Below, piece by piece: positions 38,970 to 49,178 of a stretch of DNA of 61,915 nucleotides (positions are counted from its first letter, which is position 1; each line of letters opens with the position of its first letter). The stretch covers positions 1-61,915 of the IMG/VR virus record IMGVR_UViG_3300030397_000458; one strand, 5' to 3'. Source of the stretch: a virus. Its lineage: Duplodnaviria; Caudoviricetes. The notes beneath the pieces are model-generated. The model made no database searches. It was not told the DNA's origin and saw nothing but the letters and a program-made list of their open reading frames with translations. The position numbers and the translations under genes were made by a program.

Positions 38970-39941
38970 ATGGTAATGACCTACGTAGGCGAGCTTGATT
39001 GGGATTGCTCGCGAGACAGTGAGGGACACAGAGAGTATAAGCTCAAAAGCCTGGTCAAAGGTAGCTCATTAGACGGTCCAGCTAACGCACTACAGACTCC
39101 TGGCCTCCCTGTTCCCGGTTCTCTCTGGTCAGTCAAGAGTGATATCGATACACTCGCTTACTGTCGTCTTCAAGCATCAGTGAGACCTTATAAGGTGCTT
39201 ACAGGGAGCGAGTCATCCTCTACAGGGAATTACTTTGAGGTTGAGAATACATTCAGCACGAAGCCTATGCCTGATTGTCGCGATCAACAGATTGATAATC
39301 CTCTCTTACAACCTCAGAGATTATCAGGAGGATTCACCAAATTCACAGAGGAAGCCTACGAAGATAGGAATGGTGATCCTATCGCAAACTCTGCACATGA
39401 AGCATTCCGAGGGCCACAAGTAGAATTCGACGCGAACAGACCTACAGTCACAATTGAGCAGCACGTCGCAGACCTTGAGCTATTCACGCTAACGAGCTTG
39501 CAAGACACGGTCAACAACCATGTGCTGTGGGGATACTCTGAGCGAACTATCAAGTTGACTAACATTCAATGGTCATCAGAGTTCTACGGGAACTGTCTTG
39601 TGTACTACAAACGGATATTCACATTCGAGCTGAATATTGACACATGGGACAGAGATCTGCTCGACGAAGGCACGAAAGTACTGCACGGACACTGGGGTAC
39701 AGACGGATCATGGACACTCGACAATATTGATGGTTCTCCTCCAGACGCTGACAACCCGCAGCACTTTGATAGATATCTTGACAGGCAAGGTAATCCTGCA
39801 AACGTCGTGCTTAATGGTTCAGGACTACCAGCAGATGTAGCTATCGGAACAGGAAGCACTGGACCTGTAGCAAAAATCACAGTCGAGAAATACGCAGGAG
39901 CCGACTTCCTACAGCTTGGCATTCCAACAACTATTGGGTAA
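38970..39941 (+). CDS. Tail tip / baseplate protein
   Basis: Position after TMP; D.NG.PI.NSA motif. Confidence 0.55.
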   Translation: MVMTYVGELDWDCSRDSEGHREYKLKSLVKGSSLDGPANALQTPGLPVPGSLWSVKSDIDTLAYCRLQASVRPYKVLTGSESSSTGNYFEVENTFSTKPMPDCRDQQIDNPLLQPQRLSGGFTKFTEEAYEDRNGDPIANSAHEAFRGPQVEFDANRPTVTIEQHVADLELFTLTSLQDTVNNHVLWGYSERTIKLTNIQWSSEFYGNCLVYYKRIFTFELNIDTWDRDLLDEGTKVLHGHWGTDGSWTLDNIDGSPPDADNPQHFDRYLDRQGNPANVVLNGSGLPADVAIGTGSTGPVAKITVEKYAGADFLQLGIPTTIG

Positions 39942-39977
39942 GTCAGAGATAGAGAAGAAAGAAAAAGAGGGCGCAAC

Positions 39978-40403
39978 ATGGCCGACGAAATTCAAATCAC
40001 AAGTAACCTGGTTATCAATCAGAGCAATCTGAAGTACAGAAGTGCGACGAACGCATACAGAGCAGATATGGCAGGAGCAAAGGGACCATCACCAGGTGCG
40101 ATCACAGCAACAGTCGATGGCACAGAGGTAGATTTCAGTGAGCTAACTACTCCTGGAATCTGCGAGATCATTAACATTGATGAGACAAACTATGTCGAAT
40201 ACGGTATCTGGGATGCTGGCGCGTCGATCTTCTACCCACTTGGCGAGCTACTTCCTGGCGAGAGCTATATCATCAGACTCTCAAAGAACATTCAAGAAGA
40301 GTACGCTGGCACAGGCACGGGCACAAGTGCATCAGATAACAAGCTTATGTTCAAAGCAAACACAGCCAGTGTAGTCGTCGTCGTCAATGCATTCGAGGTG
40401 TGA
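39978..40403 (+). CDS. Virion structural protein
   Basis: Position; beta-rich composition. Confidence 0.5.
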   Translation: MADEIQITSNLVINQSNLKYRSATNAYRADMAGAKGPSPGAITATVDGTEVDFSELTTPGICEIINIDETNYVEYGIWDAGASIFYPLGELLPGESYIIRLSKNIQEEYAGTGTGTSASDNKLMFKANTASVVVVVNAFEV

Positions 40404-40449
40404 GACAGCAAAATTTGAATCCAAAAACTCGACAAAGAGAGCAACAATA

Positions 40450-40878
40450 ATGAGCAACTCAGATTCAAAGATAACAATCGTACAGCAATTCTATTATCAG
40501 ATACATGGGCGCAACCCTAATCAGGTGACATCGAAGTTTGACAGACAGCTCAAGACGAAAGAGCAGTTCTATACTCGTTGGAAAATAGTAGGAGAAGAGG
40601 CGCAGGAGCTTGATACAGGATGGATAGATGATCCTGAGATGATCATTATCCAGAACGTCGAAGGTAAAGACCTGAACAGGATTCCAACAGAGGAAGAGCG
40701 AGAGAAGATAGCGAACAGAATACTCCAAGTTTGTATAAAATCACCCCATCAGCTCGCTTATCTTCCAATACTCAAAGTGCGACCTGGCGAAGATGTGACA
40801 TTCACGCCAGTACAGGGACAAGCATATTATCTCAGATGCCAGAAAGAGACAGCATCGAGCATCATACACGCAATATGA
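40450..40878 (+). CDS. Virion structural protein
   Basis: Position in tail module. Confidence 0.45.
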   Translation: MSNSDSKITIVQQFYYQIHGRNPNQVTSKFDRQLKTKEQFYTRWKIVGEEAQELDTGWIDDPEMIIIQNVEGKDLNRIPTEEEREKIANRILQVCIKSPHQLAYLPILKVRPGEDVTFTPVQGQAYYLRCQKETASSIIHAI

Positions 40879-40910
40879 TCACATAGATATACTCTCTTTC
40901 AGGAGAAAAC

Positions 40911-42824
40911 ATGGCGGGAAGGTACTTACTCTCTGAAGATGATATCCGCGTTCTCAAGCAAGTAGTCAACGCATGGCGAGACACAATAGGGAATACACAG
41001 CTCAGAGGACAGATATCTGATCAGTCAATGCAAACGCCTGATGTTTACGTTGCTCGCACGCCATCGGGAGGAATCAGCGCAGTCACAGAAGAGACAGGCA
41101 CAGCTATTGAAGATCATCCTGGTAGTGCAGACTGTGACCTGTACAGGATCGTAGAGACTGGTGGCGATGTTAATTTGATTCCTCTGCAAACAACAACGCG
41201 AACAGTATACAACTTAGGAAATTCATCAATTGATGGGGACGAATGGATACTTGTGCAGAAAGATCCGTTTGGTTATTGGTTCACAAGTGGTGTGATATCG
41301 GGTGGATCGTCAGAGAGCGGGCTAGGAATAACGGTCACAGACGATGACACGGAATCACCTTCTTATGCAAACACAACTAAAATCCGACTAGATGAGTCAC
41401 AAGGTCTATCATACAGTCAATCATCTTCTAATGTTGTTGATATCACAATTGAAGATGCGTCTACTATACAAAATGGGGTCGTGAATCAGACATCACAGAT
41501 TCTTACAGGACACAAAACATTTGAATCAGGTCTAACAGCGAAAACAGAATCGTATTTAGTCCCTGGTTCCGGTATTACCAGTGTAGAGAGCTATAACTCA
41601 TATTGGCCTGATGAATCCGTGGTTATAGCAGACGGAAGTTATACAGGGACACCAGCACACGCAAGAGTATTCTTTGCTGAGGGGCCAGCAGAGACAGGTG
41701 CTAGTGGAGGAGCATTAACCCTAGCCGTCTCTGTGTCAGAACCAGTAATAACAGCAGCTATCTATCTTGTGGCTGGTACAGCAGATGGTTCTCAATTAGT
41801 GTTAGATGTTTCTGAAATATACGTCACTGATGACTCCGCAGGTAATAAAGGAGATACCGGAACCTATGCCAGTCCGAGTAGTGTCACAGTTAAAAAAGGA
41901 CTGGTTACCAGTGTCACTGCTGGTAGTGGTACAGTTGATCATGGCACTACAACAGGTAAAGGCGACGACGACCACACACAATACCTATTACTCGCAGGTA
42001 GATCTGGAGGACAGGTAGCGATAGGCGGCACTGATTCAGGCGACGACTTGGAGCTACAGTCAACGAGTGATGCAACAAAGGGATCAATCTATATCAACGG
42101 CTCCCTCAAGCTCAAAGAAAACCAGACATCGAGCAGCATTACACTCGATCAAGACGACAACGTTGTTTTATGTGACAGTGGCAGCGATCTCACAATCACT
42201 CTCCCGGCAGCATCAGGCAATACAGGACTGACTTACTATATCGCAAAAACGTCAACAGGTTCCAGTCTAGTAACCATTGATCCCGATGGCGCAGAGACCA
42301 TCGATGATGAATCTTCTATGATTCTTTACCTTCCTTACGACGCTGTGAGGATCTACTGTGATGGCTCTGAGTGGTATACAATCGCGGACCATCGACAACC
42401 TCATTCCTGCTTACTTAGACGAAATACTGCGCGTTCAGTGCCTCATGCAACGACAACAAACGCTTTACTGAATGAAGAAGTCTATGACAAAGGAGGTATC
42501 GGAGATCCAACAACTAACAACAGAATTGATATTAAAAGAGATGGGATCTACCATATCCAAGGAGGATGGTATCTCTCCAACGCTCTGGATGCTGGCGAGG
42601 AATTGTGGGTAGGGATCGACGTAAATGGTTCGACACCTAAATGGTTCCTGCTCAACTCTGGCACGACTAACGGCAATGTCCATGCTGACGTTAGTTATTT
42701 CATAGAGTTGTCAGCAGGAGATACAGTCGCGCTTCTGCTCTATCAGACAGAAGGAAGCACCCACAACACAGAAACAAGCTCACCTTGGATGTATCCTTAC
42801 CTTGGCTTACACGAGATCAGATAA
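40911..42824 (+). CDS. Tail fibre / receptor-binding protein
   Basis: S/T/G-rich; DDDHTQYL, T.TLPAA...G..Y.I.K domain, C1q-like C-terminus. Confidence 0.75.
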   Translation: MAGRYLLSEDDIRVLKQVVNAWRDTIGNTQLRGQISDQSMQTPDVYVARTPSGGISAVTEETGTAIEDHPGSADCDLYRIVETGGDVNLIPLQTTTRTVYNLGNSSIDGDEWILVQKDPFGYWFTSGVISGGSSESGLGITVTDDDTESPSYANTTKIRLDESQGLSYSQSSSNVVDITIEDASTIQNGVVNQTSQILTGHKTFESGLTAKTESYLVPGSGITSVESYNSYWPDESVVIADGSYTGTPAHARVFFAEGPAETGASGGALTLAVSVSEPVITAAIYLVAGTADGSQLVLDVSEIYVTDDSAGNKGDTGTYASPSSVTVKKGLVTSVTAGSGTVDHGTTTGKGDDDHTQYLLLAGRSGGQVAIGGTDSGDDLELQSTSDATKGSIYINGSLKLKENQTSSSITLDQDDNVVLCDSGSDLTITLPAASGNTGLTYYIAKTSTGSSLVTIDPDGAETIDDESSMILYLPYDAVRIYCDGSEWYTIADHRQPHSCLLRRNTARSVPHATTTNALLNEEVYDKGGIGDPTTNNRIDIKRDGIYHIQGGWYLSNALDAGEELWVGIDVNGSTPKWFLLNSGTTNGNVHADVSYFIELSAGDTVALLLYQTEGSTHNTETSSPWMYPYLGLHEIR

Positions 42825-43229
42825 ATGGAAAATATGGCAGCAGTTATCGAATATATGTATCCTGACACGATACCTCTAATCGACTGGGAAGTGAGAGACA
42901 ACGGTAATGGTTCGTTTATAAAAATGTGGAATATAGACAGACTAGGACAACCACCGACATTGGAGGAGATCCAAGCAAAAGAGCCTGAATACCTTGCGTA
43001 CAAGGATATGCAAGGCAAGAAAGAACAGAGGCAGTCTCAGTACAAGTCCGTCGAAGAAGAGATGAATATCCTGTTCAAAATATTGGCTTACCTGAAGTCG
43101 AACGGGTTAGACATTGGCCCAGATGGTGACGCATGGCTCGTTTACAGAAAAGATATTGATGACAGTATCCCCCTTCCAGATACGAGTGTGATTGAGAATC
43201 CGCTAGATGATATTGAAGTCAATCCCTGA
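42825..43229 (+). CDS. Tail fibre assembly protein (XkdW-like)
   Basis: W.V.D.G.G.FI..W.....PT..EI motif after fibre gene. Confidence 0.6.
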   Translation: MENMAAVIEYMYPDTIPLIDWEVRDNGNGSFIKMWNIDRLGQPPTLEEIQAKEPEYLAYKDMQGKKEQRQSQYKSVEEEMNILFKILAYLKSNGLDIGPDGDAWLVYRKDIDDSIPLPDTSVIENPLDDIEVNP

Positions 43230-43256
43230 GATCTGAATCCAAAAACGAGAGCAACA

Positions 43257-43973
43257 ATGAGCAAGCTACGATGGACCTATGCCGTGACAACTGTTCCTGA
43301 AAGGAGAGATAATCTCCTACCGCGTACGCTCGAATCGTTGAGGCTTGCAGGATTCGACAAGCCGATACTATCAGTTGACGATTGCAGTGATCCCACTCTA
43401 TACGCTGAATTTGGATTCAAAACATGGTGTCGTGGGGAGAGAATCAGGACATTCGGGCACTGGTATTTGACAGCTCTTGAGATGTACATTAGAGAGCCAG
43501 GATCAGACAGATATGCTATCTTTCAGGACGACTTTGTGACTTATAAGAACCTCCGCGACTACCTCGATTCGTGCGAATTCCCAGATAAGGGATACTGGAA
43601 CTTATTCACTTTTCGGAGTAATCTGACTGTCTGCCCACAAGGACACAAGGGCTGGTACAAGTCAAATCAATCGGGTAGAGGAGCTGTAGCGTTAATCTTC
43701 AACCGCGATTCACTTATTACTCTCCTTTCAGGAAAGCACATGGTGGAACGCCCGCAGCATCCAACGAGAGGACATAAGGCAGTAGATGGCGGAATCGTAG
43801 AAACTATGAAGAAGGCAGGGTATACTGAATACGTGCATAATCCCTCTCTGACACAGCATACAGGCGAGAAAAGCACTATGCAAAACCCGAAGCACAACCC
43901 CAGTCCATGCTTTGAGGGAGAAGGATTTGATGCACACAACATGATCGGCGCAATGAAAACACTCTACGTTTGA
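43257..43973 (+). CDS. Glycosyltransferase (GT-A fold)
   Basis: VTTVPER, FQDD (DxD-like), PSL.QH.G..ST. Confidence 0.7.
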   Translation: MSKLRWTYAVTTVPERRDNLLPRTLESLRLAGFDKPILSVDDCSDPTLYAEFGFKTWCRGERIRTFGHWYLTALEMYIREPGSDRYAIFQDDFVTYKNLRDYLDSCEFPDKGYWNLFTFRSNLTVCPQGHKGWYKSNQSGRGAVALIFNRDSLITLLSGKHMVERPQHPTRGHKAVDGGIVETMKKAGYTEYVHNPSLTQHTGEKSTMQNPKHNPSPCFEGEGFDAHNMIGAMKTLYV

Positions 43974-45046
43974 AAGCAACAACTATGAAAAAAGCGATTC
44001 TGCAAGTAGCGGACACAGGACCAGTCAACAGCTTAGTCACAATGCTGGAAGCAGTAGGCTATCAATGTTATACACTCTCGGACAGCATGCAGTACCATCT
44101 AATGAGAGAGGGCCATACATTCGTTTTATCGAACAAGTTTTTACAACGGAGCATGCACTACGCTCCGCACGTCAACTTACCTGAAATTAAAGACAGCAAA
44201 GAGATTGACAAAGATTGTATCTTCTTCGACATTAAAGCACACAAGCATTACAGCGATATCCTCAAAGCATGGCCACAGCTCGAAAACAGAGTAGCGTGGT
44301 ACAGGATCAATGGTGGTGCGCCAGAGCATGTGATCAACGAGAGAGGCGACCACGGAGACGAGCTCAATCCTCCTTGTCCAGTCATCACACCAAATCAATG
44401 CTATCTGAGGGAGTCAGTCCCTCTTGAGACTCGCAATAAGACATACGTTTTCTGGCCGCATTTCCCAGGTTTTGATTCATTCACAGATAATTATGAGAAG
44501 AGAGAAGTACTTGAATCAATTCAGACTTTTGACGCGCCAGTTTGCCTGATCCACGGAGTGAATGGCTGGGGATACCAGGATATCGTCAAAAAAGTCAGAA
44601 AGCTCGGAGTCAAGATCTACGGGACAGGAAGCCCAGATGGGATAATCCACCAGAAAGACGTGATCAAGAGATTATCGACAGCAAAATCGTTAGTGCATCT
44701 CAAGTCAAACGACGCACCAGGATACGCGTTGCTTGAAGCAATCGCTGCCAAATGTCCTATCATCTGCTCAAAGAGACTCATCTGGCGTTGCGACATGCAG
44801 GAGCTGTTTGAACCGGGCGTTACTTGCTTGACGTTTGACAGAGAGACAGAAGATCCACTATCAAGTGAAGACGCTGTAAAGTGCGTAGAAGAGATTAAAA
44901 ATCACTTGAAAACACTCGAGAGCGTAGAGAAGAATGAGGAAATCAGTCATAATGCTTATGATCGCTATTCAGCTCTGAGCTGGTCGCCAAACAAGACAAG
45001 ATGCCTCTTCTCATTCAGAGACTGGCTGAGCAGGAATTTCAAATAA
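43970..45046 (+). CDS. Glycosyltransferase (GT-B fold)
   Basis: DAPGYALLEAIA..CPII motif. Confidence 0.65.
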   Translation: MKATTMKKAILQVADTGPVNSLVTMLEAVGYQCYTLSDSMQYHLMREGHTFVLSNKFLQRSMHYAPHVNLPEIKDSKEIDKDCIFFDIKAHKHYSDILKAWPQLENRVAWYRINGGAPEHVINERGDHGDELNPPCPVITPNQCYLRESVPLETRNKTYVFWPHFPGFDSFTDNYEKREVLESIQTFDAPVCLIHGVNGWGYQDIVKKVRKLGVKIYGTGSPDGIIHQKDVIKRLSTAKSLVHLKSNDAPGYALLEAIAAKCPIICSKRLIWRCDMQELFEPGVTCLTFDRETEDPLSSEDAVKCVEEIKNHLKTLESVEKNEEISHNAYDRYSALSWSPNKTRCLFSFRDWLSRNFK

Positions 45047-45075
45047 TTATTACTACAAAGAAAGTAGCAACAACA

Positions 45076-45891
45076 ATGGCAGTTGAATCTATCAAATCAA
45101 TCGGGATTGTGGGGAACGGCGTAGTCGGCCATGCAACAGCACGTACATACGTAGAGCATTACGACGTGCGAGTATACGACATCATCTCTGAGAAAAGCCC
45201 GGACAACTTACAGACAGTTATGGGTTGTGACCTGATCTTCGTCTGTCTCCCGACACCACAGAGAGAAGGCCACAACTACACAGATACATCAGCTCTTTAT
45301 GGATTCTTCGACGCGATAGGCGAAAACGAAGCACACCTCGTGCTCAAGTCAACAGTAGCTGTAGGAACCACAGCCCATATTGCAAAGACCAGAAAGCTCC
45401 CAAATCTCATTCACTCTCCCGAATTCCTCACAGCTCGTTGTGCAGTCACTGATGCACATCTACCAACGCGCAACATTGTAGGAGGAAGTCACACAGAGAC
45501 AGGTATTCTATTACGAGATCTCTATCAAGACAGATTTCCTGGCATTCCTGTGATCATGTGCTCACGTCGAGAAAGTGAATGTATCAAGTTAATGCAAAAT
45601 GCTTTCTTCGCAACAAAGATATCGTTCTTCAACGAGATGTACCAATTCGCTATGACTCACGGTCTGTCATGGGATCTGATCCTGGAAGGTCTGTTGCTCG
45701 ATGGTCGTATTGCACACTCGCATACACAGGTGCCAGGTCCAGATGGCAAATTCGGATTCGGTGGAGAGTGCTTGCCAAAAGATCTAGCCAACCTGATAGC
45801 CTGTTTGAATCATAACCTGGTCAGTTGCGATATCCTCGAAGCTGTGCAAAACAGGAACAAGCAAGACAGGAAAAGAGAGGAGCAGGAATGA
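45076..45891 (+). CDS. ugd: UDP-glucose/GDP-mannose dehydrogenase (short form)
   Basis: GNGVVG, VCLPTP, KSTV, PEFL, K...N.F.ATKISFFNE, GFGGECLPKD. Confidence 0.88.
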   Translation: MAVESIKSIGIVGNGVVGHATARTYVEHYDVRVYDIISEKSPDNLQTVMGCDLIFVCLPTPQREGHNYTDTSALYGFFDAIGENEAHLVLKSTVAVGTTAHIAKTRKLPNLIHSPEFLTARCAVTDAHLPTRNIVGGSHTETGILLRDLYQDRFPGIPVIMCSRRESECIKLMQNAFFATKISFFNEMYQFAMTHGLSWDLILEGLLLDGRIAHSHTQVPGPDGKFGFGGECLPKDLANLIACLNHNLVSCDILEAVQNRNKQDRKREEQE

Positions 45892-46217
45892 TTATTGAAC
45901 AAGGGATTATCACAAGTGAATCAAACCAGAATACGATTGAATGGTCAGTGAAAAGCGGAGGGATTATAGAAATTGATGAGATCCTCGTGAGCAGCGAAAG
46001 AAGGGAAGGTAAGGGAACGCGACTGCTTAGAGAAATGATTGAAAAGATCAATAGAGATTGTGATCTGGACAGCTACTCAGTCATCGTCTTCACTCGTGCT
46101 GAGAACAGGATAGCTCATCTCTTCTATAAAGCCAATGGGTTTGAGGATGTAGGTACTATCAAACAATTCTACCCAGACAGCGATGCGAGGTTATTCATTT
46201 TGCGTGTCGTCAGGTAG
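45888..46217 (+). CDS. GNAT acetyltransferase
   Basis: RREGKGT.LL and N..A..FY...GF motifs. Confidence 0.85.
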   Translation: MIIEQGIITSESNQNTIEWSVKSGGIIEIDEILVSSERREGKGTRLLREMIEKINRDCDLDSYSVIVFTRAENRIAHLFYKANGFEDVGTIKQFYPDSDARLFILRVVR

Positions 46218-46246
46218 AAGAGTAAACAACGAAAAGAGGAACAACA

Positions 46247-47317
46247 ATGAGCAGCTTCTCAGAGAAAAAACTATCTACCAAAGTAGGTTCTCTGGTCTAC
46301 GCGACGAATCAAGGACTGGGAATTCTCGCAAAGTCATTCTTCGACAATGGCTTGATTATACATCCGATCATCGTCAAGCACACAAGCACTTACAGGCACA
46401 CGCACGTAGAATGGTATCCGCAAGGAACAACGATAGTCACATGGAAACAGTTGAAACAGCGTAGGATAAATAAGGTCAAAAGTATCTTCAGCCAATGCGA
46501 TGTGCTCCTCTTTTTTGAGACTCCTTTTGACTGGAACCTGATCAAGTGGGCAAGGCGAGAGGGAATCAAGACTATCATAATGCCGATGTATGAATGTATG
46601 CCTAAGCAGATACCCGCTACACCTGACTTATGGATCAATCCATCTGCACTGGATCAGCAATACTTCCCCGATGGAAAGCAAGTCACGGTTCCGGCTGACT
46701 CAGAAATTAAGTGGTACCAACGCACTACAGCAAAAGTATTTGTCCATAATGCAGGTAATGGCGGACTGCACGGAAGAAATGGGACGAATAACCTGATTGA
46801 GGCTATGAAGTATGTACAGTCTCCAATCAAGCTAATCATCAGAAGCCAGCGACCTCTTGAAGTAGGCACAGATCACGATTCACGTATCGAAGTCAGAGTA
46901 GGGAATCACTCAAAAAGCGAGCTGTGGGCCACAACAGAGGATGGAGGAGGGGATGTCTTTGTCTTCCCTGACAGGTTCAATGGACTATCACTTCCTCTAC
47001 AAGAAGCCTACACAGCAGGTATGTGTGTAATGGCTACAAATCGATTCCCCGCGAATACCTGGCTGCCTACAAGTCCACTGATCCCAGTGTCTTCTGTAAG
47101 AAAGAATGCTATTAGTGGTGCATACAAAGAATTTGATGAGAGCATAGTCTCGCCTGAGTCAATCGCAGAGAAAATCGACGAATACTATGCTCAAGATATA
47201 ACGACTATCTCGACGTTAGGGAAAATGTGGGCGCAGCAAAGCTCATGGGAAATAATTAAACCAGAATACGTTTCTATCATTGAGAATTTGTGTAATTTGA
47301 ATCCAAAAACAGAGTGA
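46247..47317 (+). CDS. Glycosyltransferase family 4-like
   Basis: DVFVFP..F.GL.LP..EA...G..V motif. Confidence 0.8.
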   Translation: MSSFSEKKLSTKVGSLVYATNQGLGILAKSFFDNGLIIHPIIVKHTSTYRHTHVEWYPQGTTIVTWKQLKQRRINKVKSIFSQCDVLLFFETPFDWNLIKWARREGIKTIIMPMYECMPKQIPATPDLWINPSALDQQYFPDGKQVTVPADSEIKWYQRTTAKVFVHNAGNGGLHGRNGTNNLIEAMKYVQSPIKLIIRSQRPLEVGTDHDSRIEVRVGNHSKSELWATTEDGGGDVFVFPDRFNGLSLPLQEAYTAGMCVMATNRFPANTWLPTSPLIPVSSVRKNAISGAYKEFDESIVSPESIAEKIDEYYAQDITTISTLGKMWAQQSSWEIIKPEYVSIIENLCNLNPKTE

Positions 47318-47320
47318 CGA

Positions 47321-48223
47321 ATGAGAATCTTATACGTAGCAAACTTCGATGCTGGTGGAAACCGTGACGAGCAAGCGATCTCATGGGCATTTCATGAGCT
47401 GGGGTATGATGTAATCGAACTCAGAGAGAGGGACGCGAGAAAGGCACCAAAAATTAAGGCAGACATGCTCTTGTTTCATAAGTGGTCAGATAGTGATACT
47501 CTATCCTCTCTTTCAGGAAAAATGACTCGTGTTTGCTGGTACTTCGACTTAGTTGATTACTCATCTGATCCTACACTGCGTGCGAGATGTAATAACAGAA
47601 AGCTATGGATGCAACGGATGACACCGCACATTGATCATCTATTTTGCACAGATGGTGACTGGGTAGATCAGTTATCAAAGACAAGGACAAACGTTTACAA
47701 GCTCTCGCAGGGCGCAGACTCTCAGATCATAGGACGATGGGAGGATAACTGGACTGTCAACCAAAATGGACCTATCTTATTTGCAGGGATCAGAAAGGGA
47801 GGTCAAGGTAGGCAAGCTTTCGTTTCTGAGATGAAAAAGGTCTATGGTAATCGATTCCTGCACGTAGAGAGAGACCTATACAGAGAAGATTTGAAAGAGC
47901 TGGTCTCAAGGAGCTTGTGCGTTACCTGCCCGATTGAGCCGGTGACAAATAACTACTGGAGCAATCGGATCTACAATGCTGCGGGGTTTGGCGCACTTGT
48001 GCTCCACCCTCGATCATCGCAGTTGCGACACCATTATGATAAATCAGAAATTCTCTTTTATTCATCAATGGAGGATCTGCACAAACAGATTGAATCCATT
48101 CGGTCGCAACCAGCAGAGCACATTGATATCATGAAAAATGCTCTTGAGAGGACAGAGAAGGAGCATACATACTTTCACAGGTGCGAGACTCTGATCAAGC
48201 ACGTACAGAGAGAAGGTTATTAG
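47321..48223 (+). CDS. CgeB-like glycosyltransferase
   Basis: YWSNRIY...G.G and HTY.HR motifs. Confidence 0.75.
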   Translation: MRILYVANFDAGGNRDEQAISWAFHELGYDVIELRERDARKAPKIKADMLLFHKWSDSDTLSSLSGKMTRVCWYFDLVDYSSDPTLRARCNNRKLWMQRMTPHIDHLFCTDGDWVDQLSKTRTNVYKLSQGADSQIIGRWEDNWTVNQNGPILFAGIRKGGQGRQAFVSEMKKVYGNRFLHVERDLYREDLKELVSRSLCVTCPIEPVTNNYWSNRIYNAAGFGALVLHPRSSQLRHHYDKSEILFYSSMEDLHKQIESIRSQPAEHIDIMKNALERTEKEHTYFHRCETLIKHVQREGY

Positions 48224-48774
48224 TGAGCAAGCATAGACGCGATATATTCAATCCATCGTACTGGCGAGAGAGACACGCCAAATACAAGAGAGAACCACAC
48301 AAGAGGATATACAACTGTAAGCTCGAAACGTGGCAGGCGATAGAAAAAAAGCATAAAGACATACTTGCAGAAGTTATCCACAAAGAAACGTCAATACTCG
48401 ACATCGGTTGCGCGTGGGGCAGAATGCTCGACTTGATGCCTGCTAAATGGTGTGGCTTCTACACAGGAATTGACTTATGCGAAGAATTCGTAAAAGAGGC
48501 ACAAGATCTTCACCCTGAATTCTTCTTCAAAAATATGGACGTACGCAACATGACAGCAGTAACCTTAGAGAACAAATACGACGTTGGCTTGCTGGTTTCT
48601 ATCAAGCAGATGATCATCTCGAATGAGGGTCAAGAGGTCTGGTTGCAAATCTATAATAAGATCAAGACATTGTGCAAGTGCGTGCTCTACTTAGAGTATG
48701 ATCCTGCTGATATGGGCGTGATTGACTTGATTGACTTGATTGACGACAACCCAAAGATAAAGGGGATCTTATGA
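48223..48774 (+). CDS. Class I SAM-dependent methyltransferase
   Basis: ILDIGCAWG and YTGID motifs. Confidence 0.82.
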   Translation: MSKHRRDIFNPSYWRERHAKYKREPHKRIYNCKLETWQAIEKKHKDILAEVIHKETSILDIGCAWGRMLDLMPAKWCGFYTGIDLCEEFVKEAQDLHPEFFFKNMDVRNMTAVTLENKYDVGLLVSIKQMIISNEGQEVWLQIYNKIKTLCKCVLYLEYDPADMGVIDLIDLIDDNPKIKGIL

Positions 48775-49178
48775 TCATTCCAACGCAAGAAATAAGAGGT
48801 GGACATGGTCAAGTGCTCGCTCTCATTGTCCGAGACATCGACATTCCGCCAAGCGCGACAGGCATTACTTTCATAACTGAATCCAAATTCAGCATGCAAG
48901 TTGGCTTTATGAGGAGACCGAAGAATCATAAGGTCCAGATGCACGAGCATGTAACACTCGACAGAGTCATTCCCGACATAGTCGAAGTACTGTTTATCAA
49001 GTCAGGACTGGTGGAAGTGCAGGTAACGGACGGCTGGGAGATACAGAGCGAGATACTGGAATCAGACGATATTTGTATCTTTCTTTCAGGAAAACATGGA
49101 CTGGTCTTCCATTCGGAATCAGAGATCTGGGAAGTGAAGCAGGGGCCGTACTCGGAGAAAGAGAAATCCTATGCGTAA
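48771..49178 (+). CDS. Cupin-fold sugar-pathway protein
   Basis: H.H...EVL...G, GKHG and EVKQGPY motifs. Confidence 0.75.
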   Translation: MIIPTQEIRGGHGQVLALIVRDIDIPPSATGITFITESKFSMQVGFMRRPKNHKVQMHEHVTLDRVIPDIVEVLFIKSGLVEVQVTDGWEIQSEILESDDICIFLSGKHGLVFHSESEIWEVKQGPYSEKEKSYA

